Source of the DNA: Nitrospirota bacterium
GTDB taxonomy: Bacteria > Nitrospirota > UBA9217
Direction of reading: 5' to 3'
NCBI GenBank assembly: GCA_035623825.1
Contig: DASPSR010000045.1
Span: forward strand, 23,630-87,629
DNA length: 64,000 nt
The position numbers and the translations under genes were made by a program. Below the pieces are notes generated by a model. The model searched no databases. It was not told the origin of the DNA and saw only the letters and a program-made list of their open reading frames with translations. Position 1 is the first letter of the stretch. Each line of letters begins with the position of its first letter. This document shows positions 40,998-50,515 of the stretch, piece after piece.

Positions 40998-41058
40998 GTG
41001 CACTGCAATTGAATTCTTTATACTGTACTCAACTTAAGACCACAGGAGGAAATTTGCA

Positions 41059-41472
41059 ATGGACAGATATGTCAAAGGATTCATCGTAATGAGTATCGTG
41101 TATCTCGGTATTGCGGCGGTCCTGGGAATTGTCATGCTGGCGAACCAGAACGTGATGGCGATAAAGTTCGTGCATTCCCATCTCAACATGCTCGGCTGGG
41201 TATCGATGATGATCTACGGCGTCGGCTACCATATCCTTCCGCGATTCATGGGGCGGCCGGTGTACAGCAACAAAATCGGCGAGACGCAGTTCTATCTCGC
41301 GAACATCTCTCTCGTGGCAATGCTGGTGTTCTATACCCTCAATGTCTACAATCCGAGCGGCATATACCGGATGATCACGGTAGTTTCGGGCGCGGTCCAG
41401 GCAATCGCCATTTTTCTCTTCTTCTATAACATGCTGATGACGCTGCTCACCAAAGTGGAGCAGGCGCATTAA
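41059..41472 (+). CDS. Four-TM protein resembling a heme-copper oxidase subunit I fragment
   Basis: HSHLNMLGWVSMMIYGVGYHILPRF; AGGAGG RBS. Confidence 0.8.
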   Translation: MDRYVKGFIVMSIVYLGIAAVLGIVMLANQNVMAIKFVHSHLNMLGWVSMMIYGVGYHILPRFMGRPVYSNKIGETQFYLANISLVAMLVFYTLNVYNPSGIYRMITVVSGAVQAIAIFLFFYNMLMTLLTKVEQAH

Positions 41473-41577
41473 AAGCGCACGGGGCTGAAGTCATAGGGCA
41501 TGAGGCTGCATCACCCGGCGCCTTTTGACCTTTCTGCGCCATGCTCCCGATGTGAGCTTTTTGCCGGGCTTGATCCC

Positions 41578-42255
41578 TCACGACGAAAGGGACATCAGGC
41601 CTTCACGGTCCCTGATGATCATTTTGCCTTCAGACTCCGTCACGAGGCCCTGTTTCTTGAATTTGCTGAAGGTCCGAATCGATGTTTCCACAGTGGTCCC
41701 TACCATGTCGGCGACATCCTGCTTGGTGAGGCGCATGTCGATGAGGACGCCCTTGTCCGTCTGCACTCCGACCTTGTTGGACAGCTTGAGGAGCAGCGCG
41801 GCGATCCTCGCTTCCACTCGCTCCAGGGCGATATTCTTGAGGGAATCATAGGAGCTCTTCATCCGGTCCCCGAGCTGGAGCGCGATGCAGTACATGAGGT
41901 TCGGGAAGCGGTCCACCAGGCGCATGAGGTTTTTTCTCGATATTTTGAGCACGTCGCTGTCCTCCATGGCGACGGCATTGGCGGGGTAGGGGAAGTTCCT
42001 CAGAACTGCCACACCGCCGAAGATATCATGAGGAGAGATCACCTCGAGGATGATCTCCTTGCCTTCATGGGATAGCTTGGTGACCTTGACCTTGCCCTTC
42101 ATGACGATGTAAAACCATTCCGGCGGTTCTCCTTCGGAGAAAATGGTCTCTTTTTTCCCATACGAAACGACAGCAAGATACGGTTCCAGTTCCTTGAGCT
42201 CGTCATCTGACAGATTCTTGAGAAGGTCTATCTTCTTGAGGTTCTTCAGGATCAT
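41578..42255 (-). CDS. Crp/Fnr-family regulator (HcpR/DNR-like; no FNR Cys cluster)
   Basis: IFSEGE, GKVKV, YPANAVA, LTKQDVADMVGTTVETSIR; ATGA overlap with GNAT. Confidence 0.92.
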   Translation of the reverse strand: MILKNLKKIDLLKNLSDDELKELEPYLAVVSYGKKETIFSEGEPPEWFYIVMKGKVKVTKLSHEGKEIILEVISPHDIFGGVAVLRNFPYPANAVAMEDSDVLKISRKNLMRLVDRFPNLMYCIALQLGDRMKSSYDSLKNIALERVEARIAALLLKLSNKVGVQTDKGVLIDMRLTKQDVADMVGTTVETSIRTFSKFKKQGLVTESEGKMIIRDREGLMSLSS

Positions 42256-42746
42256 GGCCGTTGTGTTCTCCTGTTCTTGGCGGCTGATGGCCGTAAGCAT
42301 TTCCAATATATGTGCTCCGAGGTCCCTCGAGCGATCAGGTCGGGGATCCTTCCAACCCGTTTATAGCCAAGGCTCTGGTAAAATCTCTGGCCGCGCCGGT
42401 TGAACGAAGAAACGCAGAGATAGACGTTCTGAGACCGGCGCGCGATGACCGTTTCCGCAAAGGTGAGCAGTCTTTTCCCTATACCGTGCCTGCGCACGGC
42501 AGGAGCCACTGCGACTGCTCGGATATAGCCTCCCCGGGCGAATATCGGTTCCGGGGTAAAAATGATGAATCCGCCAACCTCTCCATCCTGGAGGTATACA
42601 TAAGCCTTGTTTAAGGCCGTCGACTTTGAAAAGTCAATGCGCTCGCGCAGTGTTTTCCACGGCTCTGACAGAGCGACGATCCTGGCACATGCCTTTCTCT
42701 GGGAACGCGCCATGGGAACGATCTTGGCGGCGATGCATTTCAACAA
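42252..42746 (-). CDS. GNAT N-acetyltransferase
   Basis: AVAPAVRRHGIGKRLL, VSSFN...FYQSLGY. Confidence 0.88.
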   Translation of the reverse strand: MLKCIAAKIVPMARSQRKACARIVALSEPWKTLRERIDFSKSTALNKAYVYLQDGEVGGFIIFTPEPIFARGGYIRAVAVAPAVRRHGIGKRLLTFAETVIARRSQNVYLCVSSFNRRGQRFYQSLGYKRVGRIPDLIARGTSEHIYWKCLRPSAAKNRRTQRP

Positions 42747-43357
42747 TATGCCCCTTCTGCCTCCCGCTTGAGTTTTTGAAAGACTTCCCTGGCCTGCCGT
42801 TCTGTTTCTTCGCGCGTCCCCGTGTTTTCGATGACATAGTCGGCATGCTTGCGCTTCTCGGAGAGCGGCATCTGGCTTCTGACCCGTGTCAAGGCCTGTT
42901 CCCGGCTGAACCTGTCGCGGCTCGTCAACCGTTCCACCTGCTGCTCCTCGTCGGCATAGACGACGACGAGCCTGTCCATTTTCTTATGGTAGCCGGTCTC
43001 TATGAGAAGTGCGGCATCGAATACGACGAGGGCGTCGGGCGCCCTCGTGCACAGGTTCCTGACGCTAGCAGTATATGCCTCGAATACCTTGGGATGGAGG
43101 CATCGATTGAGCCATGTTCGTTTCTCTGCATCGTTGAATACGATTTCGCCGAGCTTTCTGCGATCGATCGTCTTATCCGTGAACAGGATTTCCGGGCCGA
43201 AGTATTCTATCACCTCTTCCCATGCCTGCTGGCCGGGCTCCAAAAGCGCATGGACGATCTTGTCGGCGTCGATGATGTGAGCGCCGAGGCCCTGGAAGAC
43301 CTTCGCAACGATGCTTTTGCCGCTTGCGATCCCGCCGGTGAGTCCTACGATGAGCAT
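42740..43357 (-). CDS. coaE: Dephospho-CoA kinase
   Basis: GLTGGIASGKS, IDAD, DRRKLG..VF, LHP, ADYVIEN. Confidence 0.95.
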   Translation of the reverse strand: MLIVGLTGGIASGKSIVAKVFQGLGAHIIDADKIVHALLEPGQQAWEEVIEYFGPEILFTDKTIDRRKLGEIVFNDAEKRTWLNRCLHPKVFEAYTASVRNLCTRAPDALVVFDAALLIETGYHKKMDRLVVVYADEEQQVERLTSRDRFSREQALTRVRSQMPLSEKRKHADYVIENTGTREETERQAREVFQKLKREAEGAYC

Positions 43358-43431
43358 GCATCACCCTCCCCACCTATGTCCCTATGAGAATCCCTCGATG
43401 CTGAAGACGGCTCCATGGCACAGCCCCGCTC

Positions 43432-44112
43432 TTATGCCCTGGCGCGGATGATCCCATGCAATTTATCGAACAGAACGGACAGCATCTTCGTACTTTTCAG
43501 TATACCACCGTACAGGAATTTTGGGTAGCTCATGTTGTCGGCAAGGAGCAGCCAGATGAGAAAGGCCGCGAACAGGATGTTGAACAGGTAGATGAGCGGG
43601 TAAGAAAAGACCGCCCCGTGCTCCTTGATGTCGTTCTGGTCCGTTTGGAGGAAGAAGAAGGTCAAAATCAGATGGAATGAGTAGGTCGTCCCTGATGCGA
43701 AGACGAGCCATCCGGCTGCCGTCCGGACGTTTGCAATCACGGCGAGCCAGTACATGATGAGCGCGGCGAATGTGTATAGGGGGAAAAAGTAAGGGGCGAG
43801 GGTGATGATGAAATTTGATTTGGTGATGGTCACGCGACCGCCGCGGTCGCTTGCATGGAAAGACTTTACCCTCCCGCCGAATAGCATTGTGAAGAACGCA
43901 TGCGTCAGCTCGTGCCCGAAGACGTAGGTAAGGATCGGTTTTTTAAAGAGGATGTGCGCGGTGATGTAGGTCAGGCCGCCGGCGAGGAAGTAGTAGGGTA
44001 CTTCACGCTTATAGGTCACGCCGAAGACCGTTGACCCGAACTGCCAGGTAAAACCTATGCAGAAGGGGACCAGAGCAAGCCCGAGGAGTATCTTGAATGT
44101 TTTGTTCAGCAT
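43432..44112 (-). CDS. M50-like membrane metallopeptidase
   Basis: GHELTHA HExxH, ITLAPYFFP, Q.D motif. Confidence 0.75.
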   Translation of the reverse strand: MLNKTFKILLGLALVPFCIGFTWQFGSTVFGVTYKREVPYYFLAGGLTYITAHILFKKPILTYVFGHELTHAFFTMLFGGRVKSFHASDRGGRVTITKSNFIITLAPYFFPLYTFAALIMYWLAVIANVRTAAGWLVFASGTTYSFHLILTFFFLQTDQNDIKEHGAVFSYPLIYLFNILFAAFLIWLLLADNMSYPKFLYGGILKSTKMLSVLFDKLHGIIRARA

Positions 44113-44245
44113 GGATTAGAGCCAGAGCGTGTTCATCGGCCAATGGCAAACGCACACTATAAGGACCGCGGCGGCATCACAGCCGCGTGATAAGAGGGGG
44201 CCCCCATGTGCGTATCGCGGGTCGATGCTTATGGGCCGTCACGCG

Positions 44246-45331
44246 TCAGATCGTCCTCTGCATCCGGAACAAGATATATGCCGAAGCTGAGGCGAACAGC
44301 ACATTGGCAAGCCAGGCCGATTCCAGGGGCGGAAGCGTGCCCGAGCGTCCAAGCGCGGTACCCACGCTCACAAGGCCCGTATAGATGAACGCGATGAGGA
44401 CGGCAAAGGCAATGCCTTTGCTGGTTCCTCCGCTTCGAACCTTCTGAAGAGAGAGCGGGGCAGCGATCATCACCATGAGCAGGCTTGAAAGCGGAAATGC
44501 CAGCTTGCCCTGCAGATCGACTTCGTAACGCGTTGCTTTATAACCGCTTAACTTGAGCCTCTTTACGTAGTCCCACAATTCCCTGAAATTCATCTCTTCT
44601 GAGTTCTTCGCGATCGCCTTGAGGTCATCGGGACTTCTGACGATATTGAAGGCCTCGTCATCTGCGGACTGGGAAGCTACGGTATCCTGGCCCAGGATGA
44701 ACTTCCGGCTGTGCTTGAGCCTCCACGCCCCGTTCTCCCACAGGAGGCTCTGTGCCGTGATCCTTTCACGCACGGTATAATCGGAGTTGAGCTTGTAGAT
44801 GTTTACACCGATCATCTCGCGCTGGTCGGGTGAGACAAGGTCGATGTTCGCAATGCTGTTGTCCGGACCGCGAAGCCAGAGCTTCCGCTGCTGAAACACG
44901 ACCGGCTGCTGCTTCTTTTCGATCTGAACGTTCTTGATGAAATTGGCACGGGATGTAAAGGTCGGCATGAGATACTCGTTGTTGATGAAACCGAGAGCGG
45001 ATATGATGACCCCCCCGAGAAGCACGGGCGTGATGATCGCAGCGATGCTTACGCCGCCCGCCCGCATGGCGATGATTTCGTTATGCCGGGAAAGATTGCC
45101 GAGCGACAGGAGTGTTGCAATGAGGGCGGCGATCGGGAAGGTCGACGTGGCCATTCCAGGGAGGCTGTAGAGGGAATATCTTGCGATCTGAGCCACGGTC
45201 GCGTTGTATCTGATGAAGTTATCGGCCTTTTGGAGAAAATCCACGCACAGGTATACAGCAAGGATCCCGATGAGGACCATGAGAAAGATCCGGAAGAATT
45301 CGCTGAATATGTGCCTGCTCAGTATTGACAT
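44246..45331 (-). CDS. lptG: LPS export permease LptG
   Basis: LGNLSRHNEIIAMRAGGVS, KLAFP, AWLAN. Confidence 0.9.
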   Translation of the reverse strand: MSILSRHIFSEFFRIFLMVLIGILAVYLCVDFLQKADNFIRYNATVAQIARYSLYSLPGMATSTFPIAALIATLLSLGNLSRHNEIIAMRAGGVSIAAIITPVLLGGVIISALGFINNEYLMPTFTSRANFIKNVQIEKKQQPVVFQQRKLWLRGPDNSIANIDLVSPDQREMIGVNIYKLNSDYTVRERITAQSLLWENGAWRLKHSRKFILGQDTVASQSADDEAFNIVRSPDDLKAIAKNSEEMNFRELWDYVKRLKLSGYKATRYEVDLQGKLAFPLSSLLMVMIAAPLSLQKVRSGGTSKGIAFAVLIAFIYTGLVSVGTALGRSGTLPPLESAWLANVLFASASAYILFRMQRTI

Positions 45332-45350
45332 CGCTGTTTCGCAACCCTCC

Positions 45351-46529
45351 TTAGAACGTTCGCTTCCGCTTAGCTCTCCACCGATAGTACGCTTCCGAGA
45401 CGGCGCTGAATATGCTGAAATCGATATCCCGCCCCTTCTTATAGAGGAAAGCGACTGACAGAAGCGCCATGACGAGATTCGGGACCCAGAATGCGAGGAT
45501 GGGGGCGACTTGCCCGGTCTTGGACAGGTTCATCCCGGCGGCGAAGACCATGTAAAATGCAAGAAAAACCAGCAGCGCTATCGCCACTCCAGCCGATTTG
45601 CCCGAACGGCTCTTTCGTATGCCCAGGGGCGCGCCGATAAGCCCGAAGAGAAGGCATGCGAACGGGATCGAAAGGCGTTTATGGATCTCATTTTTCATGT
45701 CGAGGACGGACTGGTCCGGGGCCGCCGCTCTCCTGATCGTCCGAAGAAGCTCAAGACTGTTGGTCTCCTCCACCTCCTGCTCGGAGGATCCCTGGCGGAT
45801 GAGGGCGTGACTGATGTCGAGGAAGAGGTTGCCCGAGTCAAAGGACATGACCGAATAGGACTGGTCATCTCGCGGAGGGGTGTGCACGGAGCCCTGCTTC
45901 ATCGCCAGCGTGACCTGCAAGGACTGCGGGTCCGCGATGAGTACGCCGCGGCGCGCGAATATCGCATAGGGGTCCTTAGGAGAACGCTCATCGGCTATGA
46001 AAATGCCTTCCATCTGATCCAGTGACTCCATCTTGTCGACATAGATAACCATGCCGTCGAAGGTGCTGCTGAATACGCCGGGCTCGATGCCGATCATAGC
46101 CTTCGATTTCACCAGATTGAAGAGGTGTACTTTGAGGGCGTGGTTGGCCTCGGGCGCGACGAACAGCGACATGGCGGAGGTGAAGAGGAAGGAGAGCAGG
46201 GCGAACAGCATGACCGGCCGGGTCATGCTGTAGAGGCTGATGCGGGACGCCTTCATTGCGGTCACTTCAGAGTCGGAGCTGAGCCGGGAGAACGCCGTGA
46301 GCGTGCCTACAAGAAACGACATGGGGACGGTGATGACAAAAAAGCTTGGCATGATATAGGCGAAGATCTTGGCGGTTGAAGCCACCGATGCGCCTTTCGA
46401 GATGACAAGCTCGGCCAACCTGAACATTTTTTGGACGAACAAAACGAGGGTGAGCGCGGCCATGCTGAGGAAAAACGGCACAAGGATCTCACCGAAGATA
46501 TATCGGTCCATTATCCTGATCTTGCACAT
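45351..46529 (-). CDS. lptF: LPS export permease LptF
   Basis: RLSSDSEVTAMKAS, IEPGVF, EIHKRLSIPFAC, WVPN. Confidence 0.9.
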   Translation of the reverse strand: MCKIRIMDRYIFGEILVPFFLSMAALTLVLFVQKMFRLAELVISKGASVASTAKIFAYIMPSFFVITVPMSFLVGTLTAFSRLSSDSEVTAMKASRISLYSMTRPVMLFALLSFLFTSAMSLFVAPEANHALKVHLFNLVKSKAMIGIEPGVFSSTFDGMVIYVDKMESLDQMEGIFIADERSPKDPYAIFARRGVLIADPQSLQVTLAMKQGSVHTPPRDDQSYSVMSFDSGNLFLDISHALIRQGSSEQEVEETNSLELLRTIRRAAAPDQSVLDMKNEIHKRLSIPFACLLFGLIGAPLGIRKSRSGKSAGVAIALLVFLAFYMVFAAGMNLSKTGQVAPILAFWVPNLVMALLSVAFLYKKGRDIDFSIFSAVSEAYYRWRAKRKRTF

Positions 46530-46531
46530 GG

Positions 46532-48352
46532 CTATTTCCTGATCTCATCGAGGATATCGTTTCCAATCCTGTTCATCTCGAAGTAGTCCTTTTCGAGTTC
46601 TTCGACGTAGAACCGGTCGAGGCCGCTGTTCATCAGGAAATCCTCGCGTACATGGTTGTCCCTGGATATGATGATGTGAGGAAGAAGGTTGTTCAGGTAG
46701 AACGACTCTTTCCTGATGTCGAGGATGATCTCCTCGAACACCACGTGCGGGACGGGCCCCTGTACGATCCCTTTGGACTGGATCTCCCGGTTGAGGTCCT
46801 GAATGAATATTTCCTGGTCTTCTTTTGAGTTCAGCTCGGCGTAGATGCTCTTGAAGCGGTCCTTGATATATCGATGGATCGTGGTATACAGCTTGTCATC
46901 TTTGTTTATTTTGGCCAGCGACGCGGCGAGCTGCCGATAGGTGCTATCGCCGGACTTGATCTGCATAAGCCCATGGTAGAGCGTGTCGACCTTTTTCCTG
47001 CCGTAACGGGTAAGATAGCGGTTTTCCCTCAAGCTGTCGATGAAGAGTTCGCGGAAGAGGTCAGGGTAGATCTTGTCGAACACTTCCTTGTTCCCGAAGA
47101 GGCTCCTGATGTTGTCCACGTTCAGGGTCGCGCTCTCCATGAACGCGAGGTTGTTGATCGTCGCCGCTACGCTGTCGTAGCGGTCGAAGTAAGTGAGGAT
47201 TGAGCTCATGGCCTCGAGCGCGCTCATGTCGTTCGAATCCCTGGTGTGTTCGTCGCAGGCGCGCACGGTATCGAGCAACAGGCTCTCGAAAGCAGGGTCG
47301 CGGTGGTTCGTCGATTTTTGCTTGGCCTTCAAGAGCTTGATGAGATCCTCGGGCGAGACGTGGCCCCTGATCTTGTCGGCCGTGAAGAACAGGCCTTCGA
47401 AGATGGCGCGCGTGTCTCTGATGTAATCCGGTTCTTCCACTTCGACGATGTGCATGCCCTTGAGGAGAAGCTCATCGAGCGTATCAAAGAGGTTGTGGGG
47501 TATGTTGAGCCGCAGGCTCAGCGTCCTGAGCCGCGAGAGCTTTGCGAGCTCGGACGGATTCACTTCGGTTTTTTCCGATACGCCGATAAGGATGTCCTTG
47601 TATTCATCGACGATCTTTTTGTTCTCGGGAAGCTTGTACATCCCGTCTATCTTGATCCGCTCCTGCTGGTAGGGTATGATGTTGTATCTCTTCGCCAGGC
47701 TGTCAAGAACGGAATGGCCCTGGGGCGTGAGCATCTTCTTCCCGGAATAGATCCTGTTGAAGGCGTCATAATACTCCTCGTTGTGTCTGTTCACGAGCCG
47801 GAACAGGAAGACGAGGGCACGGGGATCTTCCAGAGCATCAAAGATCTCGCGGCAGAGCTTTGTGTCGTCGTTGTCGCCGACGGTTGTGCTCCTCTTGATC
47901 TGTTTGCCGATGCGGCGCAGGATCGTGCGCTGCATGTCCTTGATATCCGTTTCCAGGTTGCTGTGGACGAAGAAATAGTAGTTTGAGACGGCATGGCCCG
48001 TGAGGAAGACCTGGTCGAAGGACTCTTCGGACTCGGTATTATTGGTGAACGTGATATTATCGTCATTGTCGTAAAAGGCTCCGTACATGACCAGGCGGTT
48101 GGACACATCTTTTCGCAACAGGTCTTTGAGCGGCAGGTCTACGCCGAACATGTATTCGCACAGGCTTCCGCCGCTCCCCCCGTACCGCACGCCGTGGGGC
48201 AGAATGATGAACTCGTTTCCTCCCGAAAAGAACCGGTCACCATCCGGAAGTGACTCATAAAAATATCTGTTGCTCAGGTCGGTGCCGGTTACCGTCACGA
48301 AATAGTCGAGTTTTTCGTCGGCTTTCCCTTGGAATTTTATTTCGCGGATCAT
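46532..48352 (-). CDS. Conserved hypothetical protein, TIGR04442-like
   Basis: RFFSGGNEF, GGSLCEYMFG, NRLVMYGA, YQQERIKID, REDFLMNSGLDRFYVEELE; family recalled from memory. Confidence 0.7.
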   Translation of the reverse strand: MIREIKFQGKADEKLDYFVTVTGTDLSNRYFYESLPDGDRFFSGGNEFIILPHGVRYGGSGGSLCEYMFGVDLPLKDLLRKDVSNRLVMYGAFYDNDDNITFTNNTESEESFDQVFLTGHAVSNYYFFVHSNLETDIKDMQRTILRRIGKQIKRSTTVGDNDDTKLCREIFDALEDPRALVFLFRLVNRHNEEYYDAFNRIYSGKKMLTPQGHSVLDSLAKRYNIIPYQQERIKIDGMYKLPENKKIVDEYKDILIGVSEKTEVNPSELAKLSRLRTLSLRLNIPHNLFDTLDELLLKGMHIVEVEEPDYIRDTRAIFEGLFFTADKIRGHVSPEDLIKLLKAKQKSTNHRDPAFESLLLDTVRACDEHTRDSNDMSALEAMSSILTYFDRYDSVAATINNLAFMESATLNVDNIRSLFGNKEVFDKIYPDLFRELFIDSLRENRYLTRYGRKKVDTLYHGLMQIKSGDSTYRQLAASLAKINKDDKLYTTIHRYIKDRFKSIYAELNSKEDQEIFIQDLNREIQSKGIVQGPVPHVVFEEIILDIRKESFYLNNLLPHIIISRDNHVREDFLMNSGLDRFYVEELEKDYFEMNRIGNDILDEIRK

Positions 48353-48487
48353 GACGTCATAATTATAACAGACTGCCTTGAATTTTCAAACAGAAAGTGT
48401 TGGCACGTCACGCAAAACGGCTTGCCCTGGCGCCGCAAAAAAGGTATAATTCGAGCACAAGTTTGATCACGGCATGAAACGAACGTC

Positions 48488-49066
48488 ATGAGTGAGACAG
48501 AAAAAACCTTGAAACCGGGAATCCGGACATCCTCTGCGAAGCAGCGGACCTTGCTTGCAGTTTTTACCCTGCTGATCGCCCTTTTCGTCATATTGCTGTC
48601 CGCCCGCTGTACGCCAAAAGAAGGGAAGATCATAGGCTACGGCGACAGAGCGCCTGGGTTCAGTCTTCAGGCCCTGGACGGGAAGACGGTGAGCCTTGCG
48701 GACTTCAGGGGCAAGGTGATCCTGGTTCATTTCTGGGCTACGTGGTGCCCGCCGTGCGTAGAGGAAATGCCGGCCCTCGAACAGTTCGCACGATCGATCA
48801 GGGCCAAGGATTTTCAGATCCTGGCAGTGAGCGTTGACGAAGGAGGGGCAGCTGCCGTCGCTGCATTCATGCAAAAGAACGGGTTGAGCATTCCAGTGCT
48901 CTTGGACCCTTCAAGATCGATCGCAAAGCTCTACGGCACGTTCAAGTTCCCCGAGACATATGTGATCGATCGACAGGGTGTCGTCAGGGACAAGGCAATC
49001 GGCCCGAGGGACTGGACGGTTCCGTCAAATACGAGTATCATACGGCAACTGCTTGAAGCCGGATAG
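48488..49066 (+). CDS. TlpA/ResA-like thiol-disulfide oxidoreductase
   Basis: N-terminal TM, FWATWCPPCVEEMP, PETYVID. Confidence 0.93.
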   Translation: MSETEKTLKPGIRTSSAKQRTLLAVFTLLIALFVILLSARCTPKEGKIIGYGDRAPGFSLQALDGKTVSLADFRGKVILVHFWATWCPPCVEEMPALEQFARSIRAKDFQILAVSVDEGGAAAVAAFMQKNGLSIPVLLDPSRSIAKLYGTFKFPETYVIDRQGVVRDKAIGPRDWTVPSNTSIIRQLLEAG

Positions 49067-49152
49067 GTACCAGAGCGCCTCGATACGGGTGCGCTGCGAA
49101 AGGCATCAGCTGGGTGGAACGCACGGTATGATATCATGTGGAGTTGAACTGC

Positions 49153-49305
49153 ATGTCTGATATAATAATCACTGCCATCGCGCTTGTCGTTGTCATATTG
49201 GCCGTTGCCCGATTCAACAGAGGCATGGGTTGGGGCTGACCCGTCGATGACGATGAACCCCGCTGTAAGCGGGGGAAGGGCGATCACCAGGAATCTGACA
49301 ACTAA
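49153..49305 (+). CDS. Small membrane protein, candidate selenoprotein: MSDIIITAIALVVVILAVARFNRGMGWG-U-PVDDDEPRCKRGKGDHQESDN
   Basis: -10 TATGAT and GGAG RBS; TM helix; in-frame TGA 49237-49239 followed by hairpin CCCCGC-UGUAA-GCGGGG; frame open to TAA 49305. Confidence 0.6.
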
Positions 49306-49328
49306 GGAGAAGAAACGCATCTCGCACC

Positions 49329-50498
49329 ATGAAGAAGGTTTTTCTCACAGGGCTCGGCATCCTCGCGCTCTGTGCTACCATACTTGCCCTCTGGGTGGCC
49401 CTGGCCCTTTCCAACTTGCCCGATGTCTCGGTCCTAAAACGCTACCGTCCCGCTGCTGCGGCCGAGGTCCTGGACAAGGATGGCAACGTCCTTGCGGAAT
49501 ACTACGACCGTAAGTTCCGCATCTGGGTCCCTATCTCCTCCCTCCCCGATACCGTCATCCAGGCTGTGGTGATCGCCGAGGACGACACTTTTTTTGAGCA
49601 CAAAGGAATAAACTACAAGGCGACATGGGACGCCCTGGTCCTCGATGTCCAGAAGCGGAGGTTTGCACGGGGCGGGAGCACGATCACGCAGCAAATGATC
49701 AAAAACGTGCTCCTGTCAAAGGAAAAAACCATCACCCGCAAACTGCGCGAATACGTGCTCGCATGGAGGGCGGAAGAAATCCTCTCGAAGCACAAGATCC
49801 TCGAGATATATCTGAACGAAGTCGAATGGGGGGATAACATTTACGGTATCGAGGCTGCAAGCCGGCACTATCTCAACAAACATGCCTCAGAGCTTACGGC
49901 AGGGGAGGCAGCGCTTCTTGCCGGTATGCTGCCGAACCCGCGTTACTACAACCCATTTAAACGGCTGGAGAAGGCGAAACATCGGCAGGAGCAGGTGCTC
50001 TTCAACATGCATCAGGCGAAGCTGCTCGACGATGAGGAATACAAGACATCCCTTGAAGCGCCGATCATGCTGCGGCAGGGAGGAAGCGGCAGGTTCGATC
50101 TTTCCGCGTTTTCAGGCGACAGCGGGAGGGCCTGCTACCAGCAGGCGCTGGAGCGGATGCTCATTGCCCTCTACGGAGAACAGACACTGTACCGAAACGG
50201 CTTGATGATCAGGACGACCCTGGATAAAGCGCTCCAGGAGCATCTGCGAAGCTGGGAAGCTTCCCTCCAGGACACGTCATCGGGTCTCCCCCACGACAGG
50301 GTCACCGTCATCAAACAGGGCGATGTGATACGGGCGATCGTCTGTTCGGAGGGGAAAGAAGAAGATCTGCGGTCGCAAATCGACTCTCCGGGTTTTCCTT
50401 TCAGCGGATATGATGTGAGCGTTGTCTCGCCCGAGTCGGTGAGCCGCGAACAGATCATCCTTCCTGCCTCCCAGCCGGGAGTGCAGGCCACTCATTAA
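49329..50498 (+). CDS. Peptidoglycan glycosyltransferase (GT51) without transpeptidase domain
   Basis: AEDDTFFEHKG, GGSTITQQ, RKLRE, ILEIYLN; the C-terminal region is too short for a transpeptidase. Confidence 0.88.
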   Translation: MKKVFLTGLGILALCATILALWVALALSNLPDVSVLKRYRPAAAAEVLDKDGNVLAEYYDRKFRIWVPISSLPDTVIQAVVIAEDDTFFEHKGINYKATWDALVLDVQKRRFARGGSTITQQMIKNVLLSKEKTITRKLREYVLAWRAEEILSKHKILEIYLNEVEWGDNIYGIEAASRHYLNKHASELTAGEAALLAGMLPNPRYYNPFKRLEKAKHRQEQVLFNMHQAKLLDDEEYKTSLEAPIMLRQGGSGRFDLSAFSGDSGRACYQQALERMLIALYGEQTLYRNGLMIRTTLDKALQEHLRSWEASLQDTSSGLPHDRVTVIKQGDVIRAIVCSEGKEEDLRSQIDSPGFPFSGYDVSVVSPESVSREQIILPASQPGVQATH

Positions 50499-50515
50499 AA
50501 TACGATATCCGGGCG

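Noticed and set aside
48401-48415. Sigma54 promoter TGGCACGTCACGC (also about 22306)
   Set aside because: GG to GC spacing is 8, not the required 10
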